DNA of 64,000 nt from Syntrophales bacterium (GTDB taxonomy: Bacteria > Desulfobacterota > Syntrophia > Syntrophales > PHBD01). Positions 40,464-50,677 of this stretch are shown here, piece after piece. Positions within the stretch are counted from its first letter, which is position 1. The number at the start of each line of letters is the position of its first letter. The stretch is taken from contig OY764159.1 of the NCBI GenBank assembly GCA_963668175.1, positions 3,872,001 to 3,936,000 of the forward strand. The letters run 5' to 3'. The notes below the pieces were generated by a model. It was not told the origin of the DNA. It did not search any database and was given only the letters and a program-made list of their open reading frames with translations. Made by a program: the position numbers and the translations under genes.

Positions 40464-41789
40464 ATGAATATATCCGTTATCGGACTTGGAAAGCTGGGAT
40501 TCTGTACGGCGGCCTGCTTCGCCGCCAAGGGCCACCGCATAGCCGCCTATGACACCAACCCGGAGATCCTCGCCGCCCTCAAAGAACGACGGAATCCCAT
40601 AGCGGAAACCGGGCTTGACTATTTATTAGCGAAAGCATGGCCGCATCTTGCCATCGCCGATAAGATAGAAACGGCTGTGGACCAATCGGAGATCACGCTG
40701 ATCATCGTTCCCACCCCAAGCCTGGCGGACGGCCGTTTCTCCAATGAGTACGTTGAGGCGGTTTTGCAGACGCTGTCGCCGGCGCTTAAACAAAAAAAGG
40801 GTTTTCACGTCGTCACCGTTGTATCGACGGTCATGCCGGGTACTTGCTCTAAGCATTTCATACCCTTGCTGGAGGAATGGACGGGAAAACGGTGCGGTGT
40901 CGATTTCGGCCTGGCCTACAACCCGGAATTCATTGCCCTGGGTTCGGTGATCAGGGATTTTCTCAATCCCGACATGGTCCTGATAGGCGCCTCGGACGAC
41001 AAGTCGGCCGCGATGCTTCATGAGCTTTATACGACGACCTGCGACAACCGCCCGGCCATTCGGACGATGTCCCTCACTAATGCCGAAATTACAAAACTCA
41101 GCCTGAACTGTTTCCTGACCTTAAAAATCAGCTTTGCCAATGAACTGGCATCGATCTGCGAGAAAATGGATGGTTCCGATATCGATGTCATCACCGCCGC
41201 CATCGGCTCCGACAGCCGGATCGGGGGCAAATATCTCAAGGCCGGACTCGGTTTCGGAGGTCCGTGTTTTCCCCGGGACAACCTGGCCTTCCAAAACTTC
41301 GCTAACAACATCGGCCGGCCGTACAGGATTGGTCCGGCGGTCATGGAGATCAACGACGATGTCGTTCACCGCTTGCTGGTCATGGTGAAAAAGGCCGCCC
41401 CGCCTGCTTCCAGAATCGCTGTCCTGGGCCTGGCTTATAAACCGGGTACACCTGTCGTCGAGCAGTCCCAACCGGTCATTCTGGTTAATGCGTTGCTCGG
41501 TGGAGGCTATGAGGTAGCGGTCCACGATCCCCAGGCGCTGCCGTCCGCCCGCGACATCCTTGACAGTCGAATCGATTGCTGCAGCGATCCCTACGACTGC
41601 GTCAAAAACGCGCGGCTCATCCTCCTCATGACCCCCTGGCCCGAATATGTTTCCATGGATTTTGATCGGGTCCGCGATCTGGCCGCACCCGATGCCGTGC
41701 TCATCGACTGCTGGCGCTCCCTCGACACGTGCCGGACAGTGGGAATGCGCATCATTCCCTTCGGGTATCCCGAAGCAAGGGAGATTTGA
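40464..41789 (+). CDS. UDP-glucose/GDP-mannose dehydrogenase family protein
   Basis: GLGKLG, VPTP, STVMPG, YNPEF, KISFAN, GFGGPCFPRD, GLAYKP. Confidence 0.9.
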   Translation: MNISVIGLGKLGFCTAACFAAKGHRIAAYDTNPEILAALKERRNPIAETGLDYLLAKAWPHLAIADKIETAVDQSEITLIIVPTPSLADGRFSNEYVEAVLQTLSPALKQKKGFHVVTVVSTVMPGTCSKHFIPLLEEWTGKRCGVDFGLAYNPEFIALGSVIRDFLNPDMVLIGASDDKSAAMLHELYTTTCDNRPAIRTMSLTNAEITKLSLNCFLTLKISFANELASICEKMDGSDIDVITAAIGSDSRIGGKYLKAGLGFGGPCFPRDNLAFQNFANNIGRPYRIGPAVMEINDDVVHRLLVMVKKAAPPASRIAVLGLAYKPGTPVVEQSQPVILVNALLGGGYEVAVHDPQALPSARDILDSRIDCCSDPYDCVKNARLILLMTPWPEYVSMDFDRVRDLAAPDAVLIDCWRSLDTCRTVGMRIIPFGYPEAREI

Positions 41790-41791
41790 GT

Positions 41792-42619
41792 ATGGGTCAG
41801 GAAATGCACAGCATCGAAGATGTCAGAAGCTATTGGGACAGCAGGCCGTGCAATATCCGTCATTCACGGCAGCAAGTTGGAACGGCCGAATATTTCAACG
41901 AAGTCGAGAAGCGGAAGTACTTTGTTGAGCCCCATATCGTCGATTTCGCCGACTTCGCCCGCTGGAAAGGCAAGAAAGTTCTGGAAATCGGCTGCGGGAT
42001 AGGCACGGACACCGTCAATTTCGCCCGGGCCGGAGCCTTGGTGACCGCAGTCGACCTGTCCAAGGAATCATTGGCCATCGCGCAAAAGAGGGCCGCCATC
42101 TTCGGATTAAACAATATCACTTTTTACTGTGCCGATGCGGAAAGACTGACTTCTGTGGTTCCGGTCGATGTCTACGACCTCGTGTATTCATTCGGCGTCA
42201 TCCATCATACGCCCCACCCTGAGGCCGTTATACGTGAGATCGGCAATTACATGGGACCCGACAGCATCTTTAAAATCATGGTATACAACCGCTTGTCATG
42301 GAAGGTTCTCTGGATACTCTTAAGCTACGGCAAAGGCGCCTTCTGGAAACTTGACGAATTGATAGCCCAAAATTCGGAAGCCCAGACCGGCTGTCCCGTA
42401 ACCTTCACCTATACAAGGCAGTCGGCCCGCAAGCTTTTGCACGGCTTCGCCGTTACCGATTGCCGCATCGACCACATCTTCCCATACCAGATATCCGAAT
42501 ACACGAACTACAGATATAAGAAGATCTGGTATTTCCGTTACATCCCTGCCCCGCTGTTCAGATGGATGGAGTCGCACTGGGGCTGGCATCTGTTGCTGAC
42601 GGCCAGGCGTCAGCAGTGA
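41792..42619 (+). CDS. class I SAM-dependent methyltransferase
   Basis: VLEIGCGIG, VDLS, DAE, YSFGVIHHTP. Confidence 0.88.
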   Translation: MGQEMHSIEDVRSYWDSRPCNIRHSRQQVGTAEYFNEVEKRKYFVEPHIVDFADFARWKGKKVLEIGCGIGTDTVNFARAGALVTAVDLSKESLAIAQKRAAIFGLNNITFYCADAERLTSVVPVDVYDLVYSFGVIHHTPHPEAVIREIGNYMGPDSIFKIMVYNRLSWKVLWILLSYGKGAFWKLDELIAQNSEAQTGCPVTFTYTRQSARKLLHGFAVTDCRIDHIFPYQISEYTNYRYKKIWYFRYIPAPLFRWMESHWGWHLLLTARRQQ

Positions 42620-42645
42620 ATCGTTAAGGCTGCAAACAAAAGACG

Positions 42646-44517
42646 ATGGAACAAAAACCGCTCGTATCGATTATCTGCACCTGTAAAAACGGCGCGAGGA
42701 CTATCCGTCGCTGCCTCGACAGTATCCTGGCCCAGGATTATCCGCATATTGAGATTATCGTTCAGGACGGCGTATCCACGGACGGCACCCTGGAAATACT
42801 GCACGGATATGGCGACAGGATCAAACTCGTTTCCGAACCCGATACCTGTTCATTCGACGGCTCTCTCAAAGCCATGAGGAGGTCCGCAGGCGATATCATC
42901 GGTTTTTGCCTCGCCGACGAGGAATATCTTCCTCACGCCGTTTCCTGGGCGGTCGATAACCTGAAAGCGCATCCCGATACCGGCGCCATCTATGGTGATT
43001 ACTACACAAGCGACATCGAGGGAAATATCATCTCGGCCAATACCGCACAACCTTTCACGCTAGAAGACTATATCTGCCACCGGGTCGTGCCGCCTTTCTG
43101 CTCCAGTTTCTTCAGGAAAGCGTGCATGGAGGCCGTCGGTCTTCACGACCACGAGTGGAGTTACGACTGCGGCGAGTTCGAAATCTGGACTAGGCTCGGG
43201 CTGAAGTACCCTATCCGATACGTCCCCGGCTTAATATCCAAGTTTGCGGAACATCATGGAGGGGGAACGAGTCAGACATCTCTGTACTATTCGCAGACAC
43301 CCGGTAGATACAGGATGCTGAATCTTCTGCTGGACGACCCCGCGACACCCGATCATATTCGTGTTTTAAAATCCGAAGCCTTTGCCGGGCTGCATCTGTG
43401 GATTGCAAACGCCTTCACCGGCATCCGGGTTTGGGAGGAAGCAAGGGAACAAGTATTAAAAGCCCTTGAGTTCGAACCCCAACCGGCGCAATTGGGCACG
43501 ATGCTCCAGGTGCTGGGCAAGCATGGCGTAGAGCTTCTCAGGGAGGGAAAGCCGCAGGACGCCTTGTCGTTCTTCGATATCTCTCTGGTCGCGCCGTTCC
43601 CGTACCTGCAATATTTCAGGGCCATTGCCCTGATGTCGCTTACGCGCTACACTGAGGCACAGGAGGCCGTTCAGGCAGAACTGGTTATTCAGCCCCATAA
43701 CCAGGATGTGATCAACATCGCCTCGACGATCGCCCGGCATCTTCCCAAAGAAAGAACTAGGATGGAGGAGGTCTCACGACCAACGAACGGTCAGGAAGAA
43801 TATCCGTTTTCCCGCTGGATAGATCGTATCGCCCGCGCCGAAAACAGGCTTTACTATCGCGATCAGACGCCGGCTTCCCTCCGGAATCTCTATCACACGG
43901 CGAAGCAGGTAAAACCGACCAAAATCGTCGAGCTTGGCACACTCTCGGGATTGTCCTTGCGGACGTGGCTGCTGGCCGCGGATCGGAATGCAAAGATACT
44001 GGCGGTCGATCTCTCCTTCAGGGCGCTTCACGATTCCGCGAAGATCATTCCCATAGATATTGAGCGGGTCATTCTCATCGAAAGAGATATTCTCGCCCTG
44101 AATCTCGCCGATCTCTGGAATCGCGAAGACAGGGTGCTCCTTTATATCGACGCGCATGATCTGCCCGACGTTCCCATCATGGAACATGTCCTGCAAAGCG
44201 GCATCCCGACCCTTCCCCCCGGAAGCATGGTCATGGTGGACGATCTCTGGTACAGCCCCGACACCTTGACGGAAGAAAATGCGGGACAGTTCTTCTCCGA
44301 TGTCGTCATCCATGAAATCGATCCCCTGCAATGCTTCGACGGTTACTATGCGTCTTACTGGAAAGGCGGATATTTCCTCGGTTTCATGGAGGTCGTTCCG
44401 CTTTTACAGTGGGTGAACGACCGTAAGATCGATTTGATTATCTCCCCCGGTGTCAAATCCGTGGCCTTCACCGTAGATAATGAAAAGTTTCCGTCTTCTT
44501 CTGAAGGACGGCGATGA
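42646..44517 (+). CDS. GT2 glycosyltransferase-TPR-methyltransferase-like fusion
   Basis: PLVSII, QDGVSTDGT, LADE; TPR middle; C-terminal IVELGTLSG, YIDAHD, VDD. Confidence 0.8.
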   Translation: MEQKPLVSIICTCKNGARTIRRCLDSILAQDYPHIEIIVQDGVSTDGTLEILHGYGDRIKLVSEPDTCSFDGSLKAMRRSAGDIIGFCLADEEYLPHAVSWAVDNLKAHPDTGAIYGDYYTSDIEGNIISANTAQPFTLEDYICHRVVPPFCSSFFRKACMEAVGLHDHEWSYDCGEFEIWTRLGLKYPIRYVPGLISKFAEHHGGGTSQTSLYYSQTPGRYRMLNLLLDDPATPDHIRVLKSEAFAGLHLWIANAFTGIRVWEEAREQVLKALEFEPQPAQLGTMLQVLGKHGVELLREGKPQDALSFFDISLVAPFPYLQYFRAIALMSLTRYTEAQEAVQAELVIQPHNQDVINIASTIARHLPKERTRMEEVSRPTNGQEEYPFSRWIDRIARAENRLYYRDQTPASLRNLYHTAKQVKPTKIVELGTLSGLSLRTWLLAADRNAKILAVDLSFRALHDSAKIIPIDIERVILIERDILALNLADLWNREDRVLLYIDAHDLPDVPIMEHVLQSGIPTLPPGSMVMVDDLWYSPDTLTEENAGQFFSDVVIHEIDPLQCFDGYYASYWKGGYFLGFMEVVPLLQWVNDRKIDLIISPGVKSVAFTVDNEKFPSSSEGRR

Positions 44518-44588
44518 CGGATCATATCTGCGCCCCGGGTGCGTATTCATCCAACCTGAGTTCATCCCGATTTGCATAAGATAACATC

Positions 44589-47500
44589 ATGATAACAGGC
44601 AAGATCGTCTATAATCCCGTTGGATTCTTTTCCGTTCACGGCGATCCCGATTCACCTGCGAACCGCGACGCGGAGGAAATGTGCCGTCTGGGCATTCATT
44701 TCTTCAATGCCGGCGCTTTGCAGGAATCGATCAACCACTTTATCCGGGCCGTCAATCTCAATCCCGCCATCAGCGGCGCGTACTACGCTATCGCCGTCTG
44801 TCTGGTCAAGGCCAATCAGTGGGACGAGGCGGAAACGTTCCTCAAGCATGAATTGAACCTGTCCGAGCCCCATCCCGGAGCGAGCAACCTCCTTGCTGAC
44901 CTTCGTCGCAAGAAACGTCCGGCGGCCGGAAAAGGCGAGACAGGGACGCTCACGATCTTCACGATACCCAAGGCCTTTGAGGGCCATATCGCGACCATCC
45001 AGATCAACGCCATCAAGAGCTGGCTGGAGCTGGAACCCAGGCCGCACATCATTCTCTTCGGCGACGAAAAAGGAACCGGAGAAATCGCCGGCCGGTTCGG
45101 CCTCAGGCACATCGCCCAGGTGAAAGCGAACGAATACGGAACGCCGCTCGTAAGCGAGATATTCGAGAAAGCCCAGGAAGAAGCCGTCTCTGAACTCATC
45201 GCCTACGTGAATACCGACATCATCCTGTTCCAGGACTTCGTATCCGGCCTGGCCAAAATTCCCCGGAACATAGGAACGTATCTCGTCGTGGGGAGGCGAT
45301 ACGACATCGGCATATGGGACACCCTCGATTTCACGGAACCCGGACTGCAGTCGTTGCTCATGGACCTTGTTCGTTCGGAGGGATTGCTCCACGCCAGTAC
45401 CGGGATCGACTATTTCGTTTTCAGCAACGGACTCTACAGTTACATCCCTCCTCTCGCTGTCGGGCGGACGGCGTGGGACAACTGGCTCATCTGGGGCGCT
45501 CGACGCTATGGCGCAAGGATCATCGATGCCACGGCCGCCATCACCGCCATCCACCAGGACCACGATTACAATCATTCCTCCGGCGGATTCCGTCAGATAT
45601 GGTTTGGGAAAGAGGCACAAATCAACCGCGATCTGGCAGGCGGCAACATCCTGACCATCAATGATGCCGAATTGTCGCTGACTGAAGATGGTCAGGTTGT
45701 GCCCCGCACTCCCGCGGACAACCTCCCCGAACCGGAGATCCGGGATTACATCGCCCTCAAGCTGACCCAGGCCAAAGGGGCCATGGAGAGAAATCTCTAT
45801 CGGCAGGCCAGCGATCTTCTGGAATATATCGACATTCATCTGAACGGCCAGGCAGCCCCGGAATCGCTCTCACTCCTCAAATCACTGATCTCGTATATCA
45901 GCGGCGATGACGCCAGAGGACGGGAATACCTGCATGTTGAGTTTGAACATTATCCCGGCAACGCCGATATTCAACCGTACGAGGGAATGCTGAAATCCGG
46001 CGGTTCCGTACCGGATACGGAATCGGTCCTTAAGCCGGGCTTTCTGCACATCCTCACCGGAATGATCCAGGCCAACCGAAGAAGCGAATCGCGCAGGGGC
46101 AATACGATCCTCTTCATCAACACCTACTACCCGGATTTCATCGACAGCCACTATCGGCGGAACCCCGGCCTATCCGATTCGTCGTATGATGTGCAGAAGA
46201 ACTCACTGGAGAATGCCTGTTTCGGCGACAGCGACTTCTATTCCCGCGGCATCGGGCAGGCCGGCTGGAAGGCCGACGATCTCATCGTCAACTGCCTGCC
46301 TCTGCAACAGGCCTGGGCTCGGGAAAACGGTTTCGCCTTCCAGAATTTTCTGGATATCGCCATTGAACAGGTGAGGCGCGTACAACCCGATGTCGTCTAC
46401 CTTCAGGACCTGACCTTGGCCAACGCAGCGTTTCTCGGAGCTATCCGTCCCCATGTAAAAATGATCGCCGGCCAGATCGGATCGAAGATTCCCGAACAGG
46501 CCCTTCTTTCGGAGTTCGATGTCATCTTCACCTCGTTCCCTCATTTCGTTGCACCTTTGCGGAAGAAGGGCTTGACGACCTACTACCAGCCCCTGGCCTT
46601 TCCGGAACATGTCCTGCGGCGTCCGGTGAGTGCGGAGCGCATGCATCCCGTCACTTTCGTAGGCAGTTTGGTCGGTTCCCACACCTGGCTCAAGGGAGCG
46701 GAACTCCTTCAAATCCTTTGCAGCAGCAATCTGCCCATTTCCCTCTGGGGTTACGGCATTGAGGATCATGCCGCCGATTCCCCTGTACGGGCGGCCTATC
46801 GTGGAGAGGCCTGGGGCGGCGATATGTTCGACATCTTCAGGCAATCGAAAATCACCGTCAACAGGCACGGGGAGATTGCCGAAAGCTTCGCCAACAACAT
46901 GCGCCTTTTCGAGGCCACGGGTTGCGGCGCTCTGCTGATCACCGATTATAAGGACAATCTCAACGACCTCTTAGAAATCGGCAAGGAAGTCGTGGCTTAC
47001 CGTTCCCCCGAGGAATGTGTAGCCCTTATCCGTTATTACCTGGCCCATCCCGAAGAAGGCGAAGCCATTGCCCGCGCCGGCCAGGCCAGGACACTTCGCG
47101 ACCACGCCTATGAGACCAAAATGGAGCAAACGGCGGATATCCTGCAAAGGCACCTCCGCTACGGGGAAGAGCGAGACCGCTACCCGGCTGTCGACCACTC
47201 CCGGATATCCTACGGCCATAGTCCCATTTCTCCCGAGGCGGTTACGACCCGAATGACATCGGCCTGGCGGGACGAAAAGATTCCCGAGAGACAGCGGGCT
47301 CTGGTGCAGGAGGAACTGGCGGCCATGTACAAGGGGAATGCGGCCGCCTCATTCCAATCCCTGGCGGATATCCTGAAACCCTACGCGGCGCCTCGAAGCG
47401 CCATACTGGAAATCGGCTGCGCCAGCGGATACGGATACGAAATACTCTCGTATCTGCTCAACCTGCCGCTACAATACACGGGCGTTGACTATTCGGAGGC

Positions 47501-47894
47501 CATGATCGCCATGGCGAAGGACTATTATCCCCGGGTCCGTTTCTTCGCGGCAGACGGTGCAAATCTATTCTTTGCCGACCGGCAATTCCCGATCGTCATC
47601 TCGTCCTGCATCCTGCTTCATACGCCAAACTATCGCGAGCATATCTTCGAGACGGTGCGTGTCGCCGACAAGTACGTGGTTGCCTACCGGACACCCGTAT
47701 GCCGGCGGTCGCCGACCCGCTATATGAAAAAGTATGCCTACGGCGTGGAAACCGTCGAGATCGCCTTCCAGGAGGCTGCCTTTATCAAGGAGTTTCAAGC
47801 GCAGGGCATGAAGCTTCTTGATCAGAGAATGTACAACGCCGATCCGGCCCAAGACAGTTATCAGGTGACTTATCTCTTTCAACGGATCCCATAA
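44589..47894 (+). CDS. multidomain glycosyltransferase: TPR, unclassified GT-A-like domain, CgeB-like GT-B domain, class I methyltransferase
   Basis: TPR N-terminus; PKAF...YVNTD...WDNW; NNMRLFEATGCGALLIT (CgeB/Glyco_trans_1_2); LEIGCASG. Confidence 0.8.
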   Translation: MITGKIVYNPVGFFSVHGDPDSPANRDAEEMCRLGIHFFNAGALQESINHFIRAVNLNPAISGAYYAIAVCLVKANQWDEAETFLKHELNLSEPHPGASNLLADLRRKKRPAAGKGETGTLTIFTIPKAFEGHIATIQINAIKSWLELEPRPHIILFGDEKGTGEIAGRFGLRHIAQVKANEYGTPLVSEIFEKAQEEAVSELIAYVNTDIILFQDFVSGLAKIPRNIGTYLVVGRRYDIGIWDTLDFTEPGLQSLLMDLVRSEGLLHASTGIDYFVFSNGLYSYIPPLAVGRTAWDNWLIWGARRYGARIIDATAAITAIHQDHDYNHSSGGFRQIWFGKEAQINRDLAGGNILTINDAELSLTEDGQVVPRTPADNLPEPEIRDYIALKLTQAKGAMERNLYRQASDLLEYIDIHLNGQAAPESLSLLKSLISYISGDDARGREYLHVEFEHYPGNADIQPYEGMLKSGGSVPDTESVLKPGFLHILTGMIQANRRSESRRGNTILFINTYYPDFIDSHYRRNPGLSDSSYDVQKNSLENACFGDSDFYSRGIGQAGWKADDLIVNCLPLQQAWARENGFAFQNFLDIAIEQVRRVQPDVVYLQDLTLANAAFLGAIRPHVKMIAGQIGSKIPEQALLSEFDVIFTSFPHFVAPLRKKGLTTYYQPLAFPEHVLRRPVSAERMHPVTFVGSLVGSHTWLKGAELLQILCSSNLPISLWGYGIEDHAADSPVRAAYRGEAWGGDMFDIFRQSKITVNRHGEIAESFANNMRLFEATGCGALLITDYKDNLNDLLEIGKEVVAYRSPEECVALIRYYLAHPEEGEAIARAGQARTLRDHAYETKMEQTADILQRHLRYGEERDRYPAVDHSRISYGHSPISPEAVTTRMTSAWRDEKIPERQRALVQEELAAMYKGNAAASFQSLADILKPYAAPRSAILEIGCASGYGYEILSYLLNLPLQYTGVDYSEAMIAMAKDYYPRVRFFAADGANLFFADRQFPIVISSCILLHTPNYREHIFETVRVADKYVVAYRTPVCRRSPTRYMKKYAYGVETVEIAFQEAAFIKEFQAQGMKLLDQRMYNADPAQDSYQVTYLFQRIP

Positions 47895-47902
47895 GGAGCA
47901 TT

Positions 47903-48577
47903 ATGTTCTGGAATGACATCCTGCTTGTAACCGAACAGATTGAAAAATACGGTCTGAGAAAACCTTTCGTCGATCTGGGCGGGATGGAACGGCCATGCAT
48001 TGCCGATTACGACCTGACCATCATGACGGGCGACCAGAACGCCCGGTACGTATTCCTGAACCAGAGACCCTTCGACCACATCGACAATAGTTACACGATT
48101 CTGAACCCCGACAAGGGCGATCCGCTCATCGAGGATCTCCCGTACCATTACGCCAATACATTCGGAACGGCCTCTTGCCTGAACGTCCTCGAACACGTGC
48201 AGAACCCCTTTCGCGTCTTCTCCGCTCTCCATCAGATCATGAAGCGAAACAGTCTGCTTATTATCGAAACGGTCTTCTCGTTTCCCTATCACCCTTCGCC
48301 CCTGGATTACTGGCGCTATTCACCGGACTGCCTTCGTTACCTGAGCGAATTTGCCGGTTTCACCGTCCTGGAATGCGACTGGCGGATGACCATCCCGGCG
48401 GACAAAGGCATCCGCAATACAGCGCCCGGAGTTGACGAACCCCAGGAAATCCGCTCCGTGTATGTCACCCTGACAAAGGGAGCGTTTTCTGCGGCACCGG
48501 GAGCGAAATACCCGCTTCCCCGGCGTCTATCGACCAATGAAAAGGCCAATCAATATTTTGCGGGGGAAAGGTCATGA
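47903..48577 (+). CDS. methyltransferase type 11-like protein
   Basis: VDLGG, CLNVLEHVQNP, FPYHPSPLDYWRYS. Confidence 0.72.
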   Translation: MFWNDILLVTEQIEKYGLRKPFVDLGGMERPCIADYDLTIMTGDQNARYVFLNQRPFDHIDNSYTILNPDKGDPLIEDLPYHYANTFGTASCLNVLEHVQNPFRVFSALHQIMKRNSLLIIETVFSFPYHPSPLDYWRYSPDCLRYLSEFAGFTVLECDWRMTIPADKGIRNTAPGVDEPQEIRSVYVTLTKGAFSAAPGAKYPLPRRLSTNEKANQYFAGERS

Positions 48578-49572
48578 CCTTCAAAACGAAGCGTATTCTC
48601 ATCACCGGAGGATTAGGCTTTATCGGCACCAACCTGGCCATCCGCCTGGTCGAAGCCGGCGCCCTGGTAACGGTTGTGGACAGCCTGATCCCGGAATACG
48701 GGGGGAACCTCTGGAATATCGAACCGATCAAAGACAAGGTGAAGGTCAATATCTCCGACGTCAGGGACGAACATTCCATGAAGTATCTCGTTCAGGACCA
48801 TGACTATCTCTTTAACCTGGCGGGACAGACAAGCCATCTCGATTCCATGACCGATCCCTACGCCGATCTCGAAATCAACGCCCGTGCCCAGCTGTATATC
48901 CTTGAAGCATGCCGGAGACATAATCCCGGAATAAAGATTGTCTTTGCGAGCACCAGACAGCTGTATGGAAAGCCGGAGCACCTGCCGGTGGACGAACGCC
49001 ATCCCCTTCGTCCGATAGATGTCAACGGCATCAACAAGATGGCCGGGGAATGGTATCATCTGGTCTACAACAACGTGTACGGAATCCGCGCGTCCGTGCT
49101 GCGCCTCACCAACACCTACGGTCCGAGAATGCGGGTCAAGGACGCCCGACAGACCTTCCTCGGCATCTGGATTCGCCGCCTTGTCGAGGGAAAGACCATC
49201 CTGGTCTACGGGGACGGCAAGCAGGTCCGAGATTTCAATTACATCGACGATGTCGTCCAGGCACTCCTTCTGGCGGCGGCTTCCGAGGACGCCAACGGCG
49301 AAGTCTTCAACCTGGGCGCCGACGATCCGATCTCGCTGAAAGATACGGCAGACCTGTTGATAGCCATCAACGGCGGCGGAAGATATGATTTGACGCCTTT
49401 CCCGGAGGATAGGAAAGTCATCGACATCGGCGATTACTACGGCGACTACCGGAAGATTCGCAGCAGGCTTGGCTGGAAGCCCTCCGTCCCCCTCGCGGAA
49501 GGACTTCAAAAGACCATCGCCTACTACCGGGAACATTTCGCCCACTACTGGAATGCGGAGCAAGATGCCTGA
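48574..49572 (+). CDS. NAD-dependent epimerase/dehydratase
   Basis: [28 protein letters not shown] (Tyr of YxxxK replaced by Asn), NTYGPR. Confidence 0.87.
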   Translation: MTFKTKRILITGGLGFIGTNLAIRLVEAGALVTVVDSLIPEYGGNLWNIEPIKDKVKVNISDVRDEHSMKYLVQDHDYLFNLAGQTSHLDSMTDPYADLEINARAQLYILEACRRHNPGIKIVFASTRQLYGKPEHLPVDERHPLRPIDVNGINKMAGEWYHLVYNNVYGIRASVLRLTNTYGPRMRVKDARQTFLGIWIRRLVEGKTILVYGDGKQVRDFNYIDDVVQALLLAAASEDANGEVFNLGADDPISLKDTADLLIAINGGGRYDLTPFPEDRKVIDIGDYYGDYRKIRSRLGWKPSVPLAEGLQKTIAYYREHFAHYWNAEQDA

Positions 49573-50677
49573 ATTTATCCCCGTCGCCAATCCTCAGGCC
49601 CAGTTCGCTGTCCGGGAAGGGGTCATCCGCAAGGCGATAGACCGGGTATTGACTCGGGGACGTTATATCCTGGGGGAGGAAGTCGCGCGGTTTGAAGAGG
49701 AGTTTGCCTCGTTTCTGGGCGCGAACTTCTGCATCGGCGTCGCAAGCGGCACGGACGCCCTTATCCTGGCGCTTAAGGCCTGCGGTATAGGACCGGGGGA
49801 TGAAGTCGTCACGGTTTCCCATTCCGCCGTCGCTACCGTCGCCGCTATCGACCTGGCCGGAGCGATACCTGTCTTCGCCGATATCGAGCCGAAAACGCGA
49901 TGCATGAATCCGGAAGCGCTGCCCTATCTTATCTCCGACAAGACCCGGGCGATACTGCCCGTCCATATTTACGGCCAGCCGGCGGCCATGGATCAAATTC
50001 TCGCCGTTGCCCGGCGATTCAACCTCAAAATAATAGAAGACTGCGCACAAGCCCACGGGGCGGAAACAGACGGAAGGAAAGCGGGAACATGGGGAGATGC
50101 AGCGGCCTTCAGCTTCTATCCGACGAAAAACCTCGGTGCCCTAGGTGACGGCGGCGCCGTCGTCACCGACTCGCCGGCAATCGCCGCCCATGTCCGGGAA
50201 TTGAGGGAATACGGATGGCGGGAGCGGTACGTGAGTTCCGTCCCCGGCATGAATTCCCGCCTCGACGAAATCCAGGCGGCAATCCTCAGGGTGAAACTGC
50301 CGTTTCTTTCTCAGGACAACGGCAGGCGGCGGGAGATCGCTGGTATCTTCAATGAAGCGATCAAGGACACGGATATTACCGGACCTTTTCTCATTCCGGG
50401 CACAACCCACGCCATGCATCTCTACGTGGTCGAATGCGGACGCAGGAAATCTCTGCAGGATCACCTGCAGAAGGCCGGTGTCGGAACGGCCTGCCACTAT
50501 CCCTGCGCCATCCACCAGCAGCCGGCTTACCGCGATCGCATCCGCGGCTGCGACCGCCTTCAGCATACCGAACAATTCTACACACGGCTCCTGTCGCTGC
50601 CGATGTATCCGGAATTGACCGACGCCGAGGTGGAACATATCAGCGATACATTGAGAAAATGGAACGGACGGACCTAA
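49565..50677 (+). CDS. DegT/DnrJ/EryC1/StrS sugar aminotransferase
   Basis: [37 protein letters not shown] with catalytic Lys, [10 protein letters not shown]. Confidence 0.92.
   Translation: MPEFIPVANPQAQFAVREGVIRKAIDRVLTRGRYILGEEVARFEEEFASFLGANFCIGVASGTDALILALKACGIGPGDEVVTVSHSAVATVAAIDLAGAIPVFADIEPKTRCMNPEALPYLISDKTRAILPVHIYGQPAAMDQILAVARRFNLKIIEDCAQAHGAETDGRKAGTWGDAAAFSFYPTKNLGALGDGGAVVTDSPAIAAHVRELREYGWRERYVSSVPGMNSRLDEIQAAILRVKLPFLSQDNGRRREIAGIFNEAIKDTDITGPFLIPGTTHAMHLYVVECGRRKSLQDHLQKAGVGTACHYPCAIHQQPAYRDRIRGCDRLQHTEQFYTRLLSLPMYPELTDAEVEHISDTLRKWNGRT

Noticed and set aside
30488..50676. Long N-terminal extensions in the ORF track (starts 30488, 32391, 37532, 41729, 49469, 50434)
   Set aside because: They overlap upstream genes; internal ATGs at 30908, 32490, 37967, 41792, 49565 and 50677 fit the domain starts and gene coupling
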